64,000 bases of DNA from Takakia lepidozioides. Its lineage: Eukaryota > Plantae > Bryophyta. The notes below the pieces were generated by a model that saw only the letters and a list, made by a program, of their open reading frames with translations, searched no databases and was not told the origin of the DNA. The stretch lies in the NCBI GenBank assembly GCA_030704615.1, contig CM060733.1, positions 4,650,001 through 4,714,000 on the forward strand. The letters are read 5' to 3'. Positions 25,031 to 37,983 of the stretch are shown here, piece by piece. Position numbers and translations under genes: made by a program. Numbering within the stretch: the stretch's first letter is position 1; each line of letters begins with the position of its first letter.

Positions 25031-28000
25031 CTGGTGGACTGCCTAAGGACTGACATGTGGTCTTGAAGGCCGGATTTTGAAGCTCGTAGAGGGCGGTTTG
25101 AGGAGTATCTTCATGATATTCCCATGGTCATGCAAGTGAGGGAAGAGAGGAGAGGAAGAGTGTTGGGATGAGGGCATGCTGGGGTTAGGCATTGCTTTAG
25201 CTTCTCTTCCTCGTAGTTTTCCACCCTCTCATTAGGCCAAGACTTTTCCGTAGGTGGAGGCAAGAGTCAGTCCAGGTTTGGGCTAGGGTGTCCTTGCAGG
25301 AGCAACACCGTGGAGTTGTTTTTGGTGTGTGGGAGTTGTCGTTCTGATTTCTTGTGTTTGGATCCCCTCCATACCTGCATGCTTGACTGTGCGCCATGTT
25401 AGTTTTGTGTGGGTGCTTGTTTTTATAGGTGATTTGTCCGGATTTGATCACCGGCCAGTCCTAGAGCATGTTGTCGATGGTGAGGCTGGGGTGATGACCA
25501 GTCAGACCATGATTGTTTCTCCTGTGGTGAGGTTGGAGGTGATGACCAACCAACCATAAGAGTGCTTGCGGTGGATACAGGTGCAGGTATAGGTTATGTT
25601 AGGAACCTAGTATTCCAAACCATAAGCCGCAACAAGTTCTCTACCCGGTTACCTTGTGGAGAGGGGGTTAGGGACATGTTCATGAACAGTTGAGTGACAG
25701 TTTGTCAACACGGAGGTGCCACTAGTTGCTGGGGACAGTGTCGGTTCGAGCACTAGTGATACTAGTGGGTACACGAGACGAGGTGTGCGATTTAGGCCAC
25801 CTTCACCTCCTGTGTCTTCTACGGAAGGTTCTGATTCGGATTGTGAATCAGGAGGACTCACACCGGCGGTGCAAGTTGTTTCCTTGCCATTGTTGTGGGA
25901 CACAATGGAGGAGATGTATGGAGCTACCAAGGGGCCACAAAGGTACTCTGGGGCGGTGGGCACCATCGAGTTGGATGATTTGATCCAAGAGTTTGATAGT
26001 TGGTGTGATTTGCAGCAAATGCGCAATCCACAACTATTTACGCCTTTCATGGCATGGAAGGGGCTGTTTCAGCACCTTGAGGGGCCGCCTATGGATGATT
26101 ACCATGAGTTCAGGCGGGGGCATGAGGTTGAGATCAAGGAGTGGAGGATGTACTAGTCACCCGACTATGTCTCCATCACTAGGGGTACTAGAGCCACGAG
26201 GGCATTGGCTACACCTGCCGCTGCACCTGCAACTTCAGCAAGCAGCAGCGGGACTGGTGGTACAGTAGCTACGACGTCCACCCAAGCTACTACCGCACCA
26301 GTACTAGTACCCGTGCCTGTCTTCAACCTTGTTGTGGAGTTCTTCGAAGAGTTGAGAGGGAACTACCAAGGGGTGAGGACAGAGAAGTTGCGGAGCTTGC
26401 AAGAGTTCCAACGGAAGCCTACTGAGAGCTTGAGGGAGGTTTTCACTCGCATGAGGCGCTTGATAAATGTAACCCAAGGGGTTACGGAAGCTCAGGCAGT
26501 CCAATTCTGGTATGGGATATTGGATAAGGAGCTGAGGAGAAGGGTGCGGGATGCAACTCTCCTACAAGCGGCCCAACCCACTTTAACAAATGTGTTTTTG
26601 CTGATAGAGCGGATAGAGCTCAACATGGTGGAGGAACGAGTGGTGGGATTTGTTAAGGAGACACCACGGGGTAGTGGTGCTCCTAGCCAACCACTACCTC
26701 AATGTGCTCAAGGCAACAAGGGGGTCCAGGTGAAGCCCAGGGAAGGACATAGAGGACCTCAGATGCAGGGGTCTCTCCCTTCATTTGCAGGCCAACAATG
26801 GGCGGAGGTGGTGTGTTGGACATGTGGAGGACCCCATGTCAAGAAGGATTGCCCAGAGGGAGGCAAAGGGCCAGCATATGCACAGCCTACACAGTTGTAG
26901 TGTGGGCATTGTGGCAAGCACGGGCATGGAGAGGCCCAGTGTTATGGTTTGCATCCTGAGTTGCGCCCAGGCCAGTTCCAAGGGAACAATGGTGGCCGGG
27001 GGCGAGGTGGAGCAGCCCAGAGAGGACGAGGTGGCCAGGCACGGGGTGCAAGCCAAAGGCAAGCTCAACATGGCCAAGGACGCGGAGGTCAGGGTGTTGA
27101 CCATGGCCAACCGGCTTCAGCAGCTAGAGCAGAGGCTCGCTGCCATGGCTACAGCTCAGGTGGTACCGGCTCCAAGGCCGGATGGTCCACCTCCTGCTCC
27201 TGAGGGAGGAGATATGGGAGGCATGGAATTTATGTGCGGAACAACACTACCACTAGTGCAGGTGGAGTCTGCTGCAGCCGTGACTCGAGGAGCAGCACGA
27301 GTTCCTGAGCCACGAGGTGGAGTTGGATCCACAGCGTGGGGAGGCAAGCCATCAGGCTAGGCTTCCTCAGTCATTCACATTGGCGGAGACAGTGTCGACG
27401 CCATCCATGGCACCTAGTTCTCGCCCGACTATTACCGAGGCGGAGGTTACTACGCCATTGGGGAGAGCTACATGGGCAGCACCACTACCTAGTGTTTCCA
27501 AAGCTACGGCAGCTAATGTGCTGCTGGGAGCGGCCACATCTGTGTGTCAGGCTCCATTGTTCTCGGCTACCATGATTGCGACGTCGGGGGTAAGACCAGT
27601 TGAGGTGTTCAGGCTAGCAGATACACTCTGTGAGAGTGGGGAGGTTACTTCATCTTCTGCGGAGATAGTGGGAGGTGTAGTACCAGAGGGATCCTCGGAT
27701 TTGAGGGTCAAGACTGCCACGGCGGCACCATGGCAAGCTGCAGCTGCCAGGTTGATGGAGCTGCCAGCTAGGCCAGCCATTGAGCGCGCCATGGTGACAC
27801 CTGGAGTTGTCATGTTAGACAACCAGGATGACATTTTCTATTTGAGTGGACCGGTAGGCAAGAGGTACCGGCCACTGCGGGTCTTATTAGACTCGGGAGT
27901 TCAGCCATTGATGCTGGGTAGAGCTACTATTGCAGGCTTGGGCCTCACGGAGGCGGATATGGAGCCTTGTCATTTCCAAATACAGACGTCTCTAGGAGGA

Positions 28001-28539
28001 TTGGAATAGGCTCGGGGCATGACAGGGCAGATGGCTCAGTGATGCGAGCCAAGGCCATTGTGACAGACGCGGTCTTATACGATGTCCTGGTTGGTGGGGC
28101 AGTGTTGTACCCCATGGGCTTCACCCTGGATTTTTGGGAAGAGTCAGCTTCCTATAGGCCTGGATGGCAGTCAGGGGAGGGCCAACGTGTGAAGCTCCCT
28201 GTGATGTTCATAAGAGGAGTTGCGGTTGCCCAGCGGGGCAAGATGCCAACACTAGCAGCATTCACAGCTGCAGTGACTTGGCCTGGAGAGTTGCTAGAGG
28301 GCAACGCCCATTCAGAGGATGAGTCACCTCCGGGAGAGCAAGATGACATGTATGGTATGGCAGAGTTGCCTGCCATGGTTGCTCAAACTCCATTGTGGGG
28401 CACGAGCAAAGATTTGCAACGGGTTGCTGATCGACGGGTGCAACAAGCCTGGGTGGAGACTTTTGTACCATCAGGAGAGGAGGAGAGTGCGGGGATTGCA
28501 CTAGGACCACCTCAGTTATTACCATTGGATACCACACCT

Positions 28540-29520
28540 ATTGTGTGGCAGTATCCGGATGAAGGCATTTGCCTTCTGGACTTGTTTGGCGGGATCAGCA
28601 CCGGATTGGCTGTTGTGTTACAGGCAGGTGTGCGAGTTCGGCGTTACCTGTATGTGGAGAGGGATGAGACTGCATGATGCGTCTCCCTACGCCATCTTGC
28701 TCAGTTGGTGCAACAGTACCCTGAGTTGTTGTCGGTGTCTGTAGTTCGTGGATATCAACAGGCCTTGCCAGCAGACATTTCGTTGCTGGGGGCGCAGGAT
28801 TTGGAGCGGGTTGGCTCCATTGATCTAGTAGTGGCAGGCTGGCCCTGCCAATGGCATTCATCAACCGGGCATGGCAATGGATTGCGAGACTCGAGGTTGG
28901 GTCTATTTTGGGAGATGGTGCGGGTTTTGCGCCACTTGCAGATTCATCAAGCGGTATCTCCAGCATACATCTTGGAGAATGTGCCACTGATGGGCGATTC
29001 TCGGGCCAGGGTGATGGCAGTGTGCATCAAGTCCGGTCGTGGCTTGGGTTAGTAGTGTTGCTAGATGCAGCTACAATGGGGTCACGGGCTCATCGTCCAC
29101 GGCTATGGTGGACTAACTTGATACCACCCGCACTGCTCAAGCGTGCATTTGATGGGGTGCAGCGGCCGGCACACCTCACAGTGGATAGCATTTTGGACAC
29201 AGGGAGGCAGTCTCAGCGTGTGAGACACGATGACCGTTCGCCTTTGGCAGTGGTCAACAAGGTGGGTCAACCCCGAGCAGCATTACCTACACTGCTCAGC
29301 TTCCTAGGATCGCATGTTTTCCGGGATAGTGGACCTGGCCTCCTGTGGGATGCTCAGTTGCAGCAGTTAGTGGAGCCTAATGCTGACAAGCGTGAGCGGG
29401 CAATGGGTTTTACCACTGGTACCACGGTGGTGCCGTCTCTTTCTGAGGCATCACGTCGTCAGGTGTTGGGGCAAGCAATGGATCTCAATTGCTTGACCTG
29501 GATTATCAGCTTGGCTATGG
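28540..29520 (+). pseudogene. C5-cytosine DNA methyltransferase domain (DNMT3/DRM-like) within gypsy Pol
   Basis: Motif I LLDLFGGIST, II YVE, IV IDLVVAGWPCQ, VI YILENV, VIII HRPRLWWTN, IX RERAMGF, X RRQVLGQAM. One stop (28675) and one frameshift (about 29020); the C-terminal half is in the RT reading frame. Confidence 0.92.
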
Positions 29521-32500
29521 CTGAGCAACGCAGAGTGCGGAGTACACTTCCCTCGATGGTCTCTCTGCCTACCGAGACGGTACAGGCAGTGAGTGGGGGC
29601 AAGCATGAGAGGACCACGGGGTGCAGGCATCCATGGGACACGTGGGAGGTGCTCGAGGTTCAGAGGGAGTTGGCAGCCAGGGCGACAGTGATGGATGAGG
29701 TTGGGGATTTTTCTCGGGTTGAGGAAGTCCTCGAGGATGAGATGATGCGGCAGAATGAGGCCTTGTCATTGATTGAGCAGGCAGGGAGTACTGCTCAAGA
29801 GGTTGCAACATAGCAACCATTGGACGCGTCCTCTACCTCTAAGCCCACTGGACTTAAGGTTGCAGTTACGGAGGACAATTGGGAGCCTGACATTGGACCC
29901 ATTGTCACCGGAGGAGAGAGACGACGTATACGGTAGTTCTTGAGGGCTTACAGGAATTGCTTTACTTTCAATTTGAAGGACTTGGGAGCACTGAAGGGTC
30001 AAGAGATTCGTATTGAGTTGGCCACTGACACGCCAATCTTTCGGAGACCCTATAGATACAGTGACATGGAGAGGTCTTTGATTCAGATGAGGACTCAAGA
30101 TCTCTGGGAGGCAGGTTTGGTGGAGCTATCTGGTGGAGAGTATGCTTTAGCCACAGTGATGCTAGCCAAGAAGGATGTCTATGGCAATTGGACGGAGAGA
30201 CGTATGTGCGGTGATTACCGGCCTGTAAATTGTCAGACCAAGTCCAATAAGTATGCCATGCCAACACCAGAGGAGATCTTTGATGCCATCGGACATGCTA
30301 AGGTCTTTAGCACTTTGGATTTACGATCCGGATATCACCAGTTGCCGATCAAGGAGGCGGACAAGCAGAAGACGGCATTCTGGGGGATCAATGAGCACGG
30401 CAAGGATTGCCTATATCAATGGCGGTTCTTACCATTTGGGCTTAAGAACGCTCCTGCAGAGTTTCAGAGAGTCATGGATAGGATTCTAGCAGGGGTGGAC
30501 TTTGCTCGGTGCTACATAGATGACATCATCATCTTCAGTGTTACGGTGGAGGAGCATGAGAGACACCTTCAGGTGGTATTGGAGCGCTTGAGAGCGCACG
30601 GATTGAAGTTGCATCCGGGGAAGTGCAAGTTTTTCCACAACCAAATTGAGTATCTGGGTCACATGATATATCCTGGAGGATTGGGGGTACAACAGACTAA
30701 GGTAGAGGCCATTGCACAAATTCCACGCCCCACGGATATGAGCCGAGTTTGAACTTTCATGGGGTTGACAAATTATTATAGACGGTTTGTCAAGGGATTT
30801 AGTGCCATTGCAAAGGCTCTAATCAAGCTGACCAAGGTGGACCAGGAGTGGCAGTGGGAAGATGAGCAGGAACGAGCTTTTCAAGAGCTCAATGCGAGGT
30901 TGACCTTGGCGCCTATCCTGAGACGACCTATCAGGGGGCGTCCCTTTCAGCTGCATACGGATTAGAGCATGCTGGAGCTTGGAGCGGTGCTCACACAGGT
31001 GGATGATGAGGGAAGAGAGTTCGTAGTGGCTTATGCTAGTCGCTCGAACAACGCTGCAGAGGCTAAGTATAGCTCATATGAGGGAGAGTGCTTAGCTGCA
31101 GTGTGGGCTGTGGCACACTTCAGGTGCTATCTATACGACAATCTCTTCACCTTTGTCACGGATCACCAGCCACTCAAATGGTTGATGGAGTCAGACAAGC
31201 TTACGGGGAAGCTTGCACGGTGGGCACTCATACTCTAGGAGTATGACTTTCAGGTTGTGCATCGACGGGGTTTGGTCAATCGGGATGCGGATGGATTGAG
31301 TCGCAATCCATGCACGAGCCAGCAGGATGACACTGGAGCTCGGTGGCATGGTGAGACGGACGAGGAGATGGTGTTGGAATGGCATGCATCTGTCTTTTTG
31401 TGTATCTTGGCATCGGGAGGTCAAATTGGACCTACAACAGGGATGACTGTAGACGGAGTGTCTGAGGACCCTGAGGCTAGTGATGAGCCAGGTGGTACCC
31501 GAGATATACATGAGGATTTGGCTGTGTTGGACTACCTCCGTACTGGAGACACGGCAACCACTATGACTGCCAAGGAGAGGGATCGGATCCTGTAACGAAC
31601 CAAGAGGTTCAAGTGGGAGGGGATACACGTGCTCCGAGTATGGGAGGATGGTTGGGTGAGGATTGTGCCTCACCCCACACAGCGTGCACGGTTAGTGCGG
31701 CATGCCCATGAGGAGTTGGGGCATTTTGGAGTGCGACGCACTCACAGTTTACTGCAGGGGCAGTATCAGTGGCATGGTATGCATACAAAGGTGCAACAGT
31801 TCGTGGCTAGGTGCATGGTGTGTGATAGGGTGCGTGCTTCATTCAACGCCCCTACCCCACAGTTGCATCCTTTACCAATCATGGGATTGGGCTACAGGTG
31901 GAGTCTTGACTTCGCAGGACCGTTGCCACTGACTATGCGCCACCACAAATATGTGTTGGTGATGGTGGAGCACTTCTCCAAGTGGATTGAGTTGGTTCCA
32001 TTGCCTGACAAGGCTAGTGAGGGGGCTGCGTATGCATTCTTGGATCGTGTGCTGAGCCAATTCGGTGCTCCAGCTGAGGTACTCACGGACCAAGGGAGAG
32101 AGTTCTTGGGGGAGTTTCAGGCTTTGTGTGATAAAGCCTTGATAGACCACCGCACCACTTCTTGGGATCATCCTGAGGCCGATGGCTTGGCAGAGAGAGT
32201 TGTTCAGACGGTGAAGAGGGGTTTGCGCAAGTATGGCTTGCAGAAGGGACTCACCCATCCCTTCGCTATCCGAGGTGGAAACTCCAAGATAGAAGAGTTG
32301 GATATCTCTAAGAACTCAGCCCGCTTAGAACAATCAGTCATGACCTACAGCTAGTGAATCATGGTTGTGCTTCCTATTTGTATTTCTTCTTGCCTTCATG
32401 TTAGCAAATTACCTTACTGTGTATACTGAAGCATCAGATTGCTTTAGTATCTACCAGATTCCATTCACTCATCCATTCATTCCACAGCTTCACTCATGTC

Positions 32501-34645
32501 TCTCTACACAATGTGATTGTATCAAATAAGTATCAGATTATGATTTATCAGGTATCAAGCCGAAGCTATTGTGTCTCTAATATGCTTTACAGTATCACTA
32601 CAGCTTTGCATGTAACAAACATCTCATGATCATCTCTCCACCTCCATCTTTGCCCCATCTCCTCTCATGCATGACCAAGAAGTGCACCCCGTGAAGTGAT
32701 CCCCTTCCTGTTGCTGCTCTGCCTAATCTACCCTGCAAGCTGTTCTAACCGCCTAACTAACTAACTGTCACCCTTGAAGTAACACGTTCCCTCTGCAGAT
32801 GTCGTTCCCACACAGCCGTTCCCTGCTAATGATAACCGTTCCCTATGTACGCTGTGACGGCCTGTGCCAAGCTGTGTCGGGCTGTGACTGGCTGTGTAAA
32901 GCTGTGTCGGGCTGTGTCGTGCTGTGACTGGCTGTGTGAAGTTGTGCCAAGCTGTACTGATAGACTGTGACTAACTGTGATAGGCTGAGATTGACTGTGA
33001 CAGACTATGTAAGGTTGTGTCGGGTTGTGTAAGATTGTGACTGAGTGTGTAAACCTGTCTACCACCCCTAAAGCCTGTGCCTGTCACCCCTAAGGCCTCT
33101 GTTGGTCTAAGTCTACCATCGTAAGTCTACGCAAAAATTAAGGGTACCCCACAGAGCCCATAAAAGTGTCTAAGTCCCAGACAGCCCTCTAACATTACCC
33201 CTCCCCCTCCCAAAAAGCCGTGTCCTCACGGTTTACTGTTTAGGATCAGCAAACCTTTGTGAGCAAACACCCTTTTGTCGGTGAGAGTCCCTTGAAGGGC
33301 TCTGTGTGCGAGCTCGAGCCCTGTCACTGGCTGATGGAGACGATTGAGCACCGAATGGAAATGTCTGACCCTCCTGTGGTTGATAACGAGGTAACCTCTC
33401 AGGCATAGGAGATCCCCGTCGTTTCTTCTCTACCATCTGTAGTGCATAGTCCTCCGCCATGTCAAAAGGTTCCTCCGTAGAACCAGTAGTATCAGAATCA
33501 TCTTCCCCCCTGAGGTGTTTCGGTGGCCGAACTTTAAGTGGTTCCTCAGGAATCCTGCATGGCATGCAGTGTTGGCCCACCATGTCTGGAAGCTTAAACT
33601 GGACTACTTGCTTTAATCGCTTGCAAGCAAAATGAGTAAATTCCCTGAACTCCTTGGCCGTATAGGTGAGAGGTGTGCCAATGACCTTGGAACAGTGTAA
33701 GTATTTCCAGGCTTCATGTCCCTTATAAAAAATATCATCAGGGCCCAATTTTTCTTTGGCCAAGCTGTTCCAAGCCAAATTAAACCATGAACGAAGTTGG
33801 GAATCCTTCTGCATCATGATTTTCGCATCATATAGATACATATGAGGTGGAACTGAAGGTAAGACCCAATGATCTCCACTGGAATAACTTAGAAATCTTG
33901 ACTGCATCTTCTGCTGCTCAATGTGATACCGTGCAATGAAACAAGCAGCATAGTACAATCCACAGCCCATGACAATACTAGATACCTCCTTGGTTTTGGT
34001 GTAGATGTACCCATGAACAACCTAGAAGGCCATTAATTCCCTCAACATGGTGCCTGCCTCAGACCAGTACCTTGCAAAATGATGATCCTCAATGGGTCGA
34101 TTGTTTGGAAGAACCTTAGTCCTAGTTGCCACTGGCAACCAAATGCGCATGATCTGGTAATAATGCGCCAAAGACTATGGAGGACTGAATTCCTTCCAAG
34201 CCAAATCCATCACAATGGGAATTTGGGAGCGTAGCTACGGCGTGAGCCCAGCCCCGTGAGCCTGGGAGCTGAGCTCACGTCCAAGCTAGAAAGCGTGAGC
34301 TGAGCTCATGCTTCAGGGAAGCGTGAGCGGCACCAATCTGCTAGAGAAGAAGGTCCTATAGGCGAGGATTGCAGGAAGAGGGCCTATTACCGTGGACAAA
34401 ACAAAGGGGGCCAACACACACCATGTATGCAATGCCCCCTCAAAAACAGAAATATGAAAACATGGCAGATTTGAGCTCAGAATGATTGTCACAGTTTATT
34501 TCAATTCACAGATAGACGCTTACAATGAATTGCATGTGCATTTGCCCTGGTTCCGTAAACGAAATCCATATGTTTGTCAGAAATGCAAAGTCTTCACACG
34601 GCAACCTGCAAACCAGCATGGGAAGCGGGCATGGCTCGTATGTGT

Positions 34646-37600
34646 TCAAAGAGAAGTTGGCGGAGCTCCACGCGAGGTGTCCCGCTGTAGAAGGGTGTTC
34701 ACTTCTCCATAGCCTAGTGTGGCTTGGTGGATGAATTGGTCTCTCTTACCGTCGCAACACATAATCACAAGGTATATGTAAGATGCTTGCAGGGGACCCA
34801 CTTCCCTGTCATGCCGAGAGCGCCCTCACGCATCGTTACAAAGTCCGGACAAGTGCACGAAGGGAAATTCCCGACGGTAACCTGATATTCTTTGCCATGA
34901 AGAACTGACCCAATTGACAGCACTGTGTAAATCCGTCCATACCCCGGAGAAGGGACTTCAGTGATACGAGACACCCGAGCCTGCAAAATTCTAGCAGATT
35001 CCATCTTGCATTCGTGATCTGCACCCGAAGCGAAACGGCGCACTGTTTTTCCATCTCTTTTTGTTGGGTGGGAGTCGGCACCGGGTGGCGGCATTGCCGG
35101 AGCATGTGGCACATCTGTGCCGACAGTGCATGAGGGCACCACCCGGGACCGTGCAAGACAGAACCCTCCCTCCTCCAGCATGCTTATCTCGGTTGATGAC
35201 AGCGACGTCCCAATTTGCACAGGCCAAATTGCGGGGGGAGGGGGTTTCATTATCACCGAAGGACGAACTGTTCCCTTCACGCATCGTGCCATATCGTCTG
35301 GGCAGAACCAAAATTTGTGGTCCTTTGACTCCCCACTATGATAAGGTCGAAACAACCCTGTGAATGTTGGAGCTGGAGTCCCCCTGGAGCCTTTGCATAT
35401 CTTTGATTTGCATTTCTTGAATGAGGGGGTCCGAATTGCCATGCAAGCCACTCTAGATCCTGGTGGGGTGCGTTCTATATGCCACTCACTATCAATGCAA
35501 TCGGATTCCTGCACCATGGCCACCGCCTCCTCCAATGGGATTCCCGCTGCTGTGCTTGTATATTCTGCACCTGCTCCACTGGAGGAGGACCCACCTGGGA
35601 AGGGGCGGGCACACGACTCAGTCTGCAGTGGAGACACCTTTGGCACAGAGAAATTGACCCTGTCTGGCCGATGGGAATCTCCATCTGACCCTGGAAGAGT
35701 GTTCAATTTCCTTTTGCATGATCCAAATCTTTCCTCGCCTTCCAAATGGGGGATCCTGGATTGTAGAGCGGACCTTTCAGTGCATCTGTTTAGAGCTCTG
35801 GCCATCTTCGACGGGACTCCGGACCTACTCGCAGCCCTTAGCATCAACAAAGTCGTATCAGGGCCCTTGCCTCCACCCCGTCCCATCAGAAATTGTGGTA
35901 CCTGGTTTGTTGTGTAAGTGCACGCACCATGTCATCAGCAGTGGCCACATACAAGTCACGACCTGCTTTGGTAGACTGCTGCATCCAGGCGTTGTGAACA
36001 TTCTCCGCCAAATTACAGGATGGCATGTCGGCCAAGTCCTCCAAGGACATGTCCTGCAGGAGGCATTGCATGGATATGTGAGGAACGAAAACAAATGGTA
36101 GAGGTTCTTCAAGTGACAATCGAAGAACCCCAAATGAACAGGCACGATGCAAAATTTCTGTTTTTGGGATTGAAGAGGCTTACCGTCGTCATGAAAGCTC
36201 CCCACTGTCTGTACCTGAAGTGCCAGAAAACCAACCAGTCCTCCAACTCCTTTACGTGGGTACCTGTTGCAGCACCAGAGGAGAACCACCAAGCCCGGAT
36301 TGCCTGGTAAGTGCTCTCAGCTTCTCCCATTGAGGTGGCATTCTTGTACTTGAGACAGAGCCTTCTGTGCTCCAATTGCAGGTCAGGGCGAATGCAGCGC
36401 TTTGTATGACGTGCCAGAGATTGAGTCCAATGGAAGAGGCATGTGCGCTCCCTATTTTCCATTGGGACCTTAGGATCCCCTGAACCAAACACGCGTCGCA
36501 CTGCATTGAAATTTGCCTGTGCACTATCAGCCATGAAGCCCGCAAAATTTGTGTTTTGTATTCCATTGCGCTGCATGACGGCCAAGAGCGAATTCCACAT
36601 GAGCATTTGGGATTCAGTGTCCTCCGACTGCATATCACAAATTGCTATGAAGAGCACACGCTGGTACACCAGATCATACACATGGCACGCCATGGTTGTC
36701 CAACCCTTCACCCGTTTGCAGTGATCAAACATTAACCAACATTTAGCCAAATCTCCTCCTGGTTGCATACGGCGGACAATGCTCACACCACTGCCTTCGC
36801 CCATTGCGGACATCTTGAACAAATACACCTTGGACGAGCCCTGGTCAGGGAAGACACTGTTTTGAATGAATTCATAGCGACTCCTCCGCTTCAGGTCCAT
36901 AATGTTGTCCCTGAATCCAGCAGTGCCTGTGCCCATTCTGAGTGCATTCACCTGGTTTCGAATATTGGGAGAGCTCAACACGGAGAAATGGTCCATGACT
37001 GCATTAAGCGAATCTACATCCAGCATAAGTTGTGTCGCATCCCCTTCACCCAGTATGTGTTTCTCCAGGAATGCCTTGCTAGCTGTAAGCGCTATAGCAG
37101 AAGGTGTTGCAGAAGGGGCATTGTGGAACTCCTGCTTCAGCAGATTTCTAGCGATGTCCACGCTATCCCTGCAACTTCCTTTGGACACATGATGCTCGTG
37201 TGCACCCATATGAATGCAGGCACGAGTCATTGTCGCATCGGTGTGCCACCTGATACATACGAGCGTGGCACACAGAAACACAGGACGGGGAAAGTTTGCA
37301 GAACTTGCACACGAAAGTATTGGTCCTGGGAGGGGCAACCCCTGGGGTGAAAGGATTCAGGGGCACACCTTCCCACTCACTTTCGTTTGGTTGAGCGTTG
37401 TTTCTCAAGCGAGGGCAAGAAATATTCTGGCACTTACAATGCCCAACGCAGACCGACCTCCGAAATTTCAAGCCAATGTCGTTATGGATGTTCGACGTTT
37501 TTGTCCTGCACCAAGGATGTCCGTCATGTTTCTTGTCCATGCCCTGTAAAAGCCCAGCCAGTCCAGTGGAAGAGGTGGGAGGGTTGAGCTCAAATAGGAT

Positions 37601-37980
37601 GTCCCCATCAAACTGTGCTGGCACGTATTGAACCCGTTGCATAGGAAGGGACTCCCAATCAACAAAACGCAGCTCGCTCTTGCACCCAGGCACACCTGCG
37701 AAGGCTTTCAATTTTGGAATGACACTCGTTATCTCTTGCAATTCGTCATCATCCAATGACGGAGTCTGCACTGGCGGAGGAATCTCAGAAACATCCTCCG
37801 AGGACGAGTCTGAAAGAGTCACGAAGGTAGTGGATGTGCTCACCTCTTGTTTCACAGGAACTGTGCCCTTCTGTTGCACGACCGATGCTGCAGTGCCAGG
37901 GGTAACGACCGATCCTGCTGATTGTCTTCTCTCTTTTCCAAGGACACGGTATGTGCCTGGAATGACTCTCCGTTTCCTTC
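34646..37980 (-). pseudogene. Transposase: GCM-like zinc DNA-binding domain + MULE DDE + SWIM finger
   Basis: GCM-like DGHPWCRTKTSN..RRSVCVGHCKC..C..HMGAHEH; DDE residues in WLMFDH, FMADSA and CNLAENVH with CLFH; SWIM SCTCPDF..PCKH. GT-AG intron 36054-36183; frameshifts near 37245, 35888 and 34775; 5' start uncertain. Confidence 0.85.
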
Positions 37981-37983
37981 CAC

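Larger units (their letters stand above)
22618..32250 (+). mobile_element. Ty3/gypsy retrotransposon family A: putative LTR, gag, protease, C5-DNA methyltransferase, RT, RNase H, integrase (3'-truncated)
   Basis: Putative LTR 22618 (TG) to about 25688 (CA). Gag knuckles CWTCGGPHVKKDC and CGHCGKHGHGEAQC; protease LLDSG; RT LDLRSGYHQ, PFGLKNAP, YIDD; RNase H YASR, TDHQPL; IN HEELGH..CMVC, LDFAGP, TDQG, GLAER. Many in-frame stops. Confidence 0.92.

Noticed and set aside
24441-25056. SQP/TAxH-rich ORFs as proteins
   Set aside because: They are translations of a 10-bp tandem repeat.
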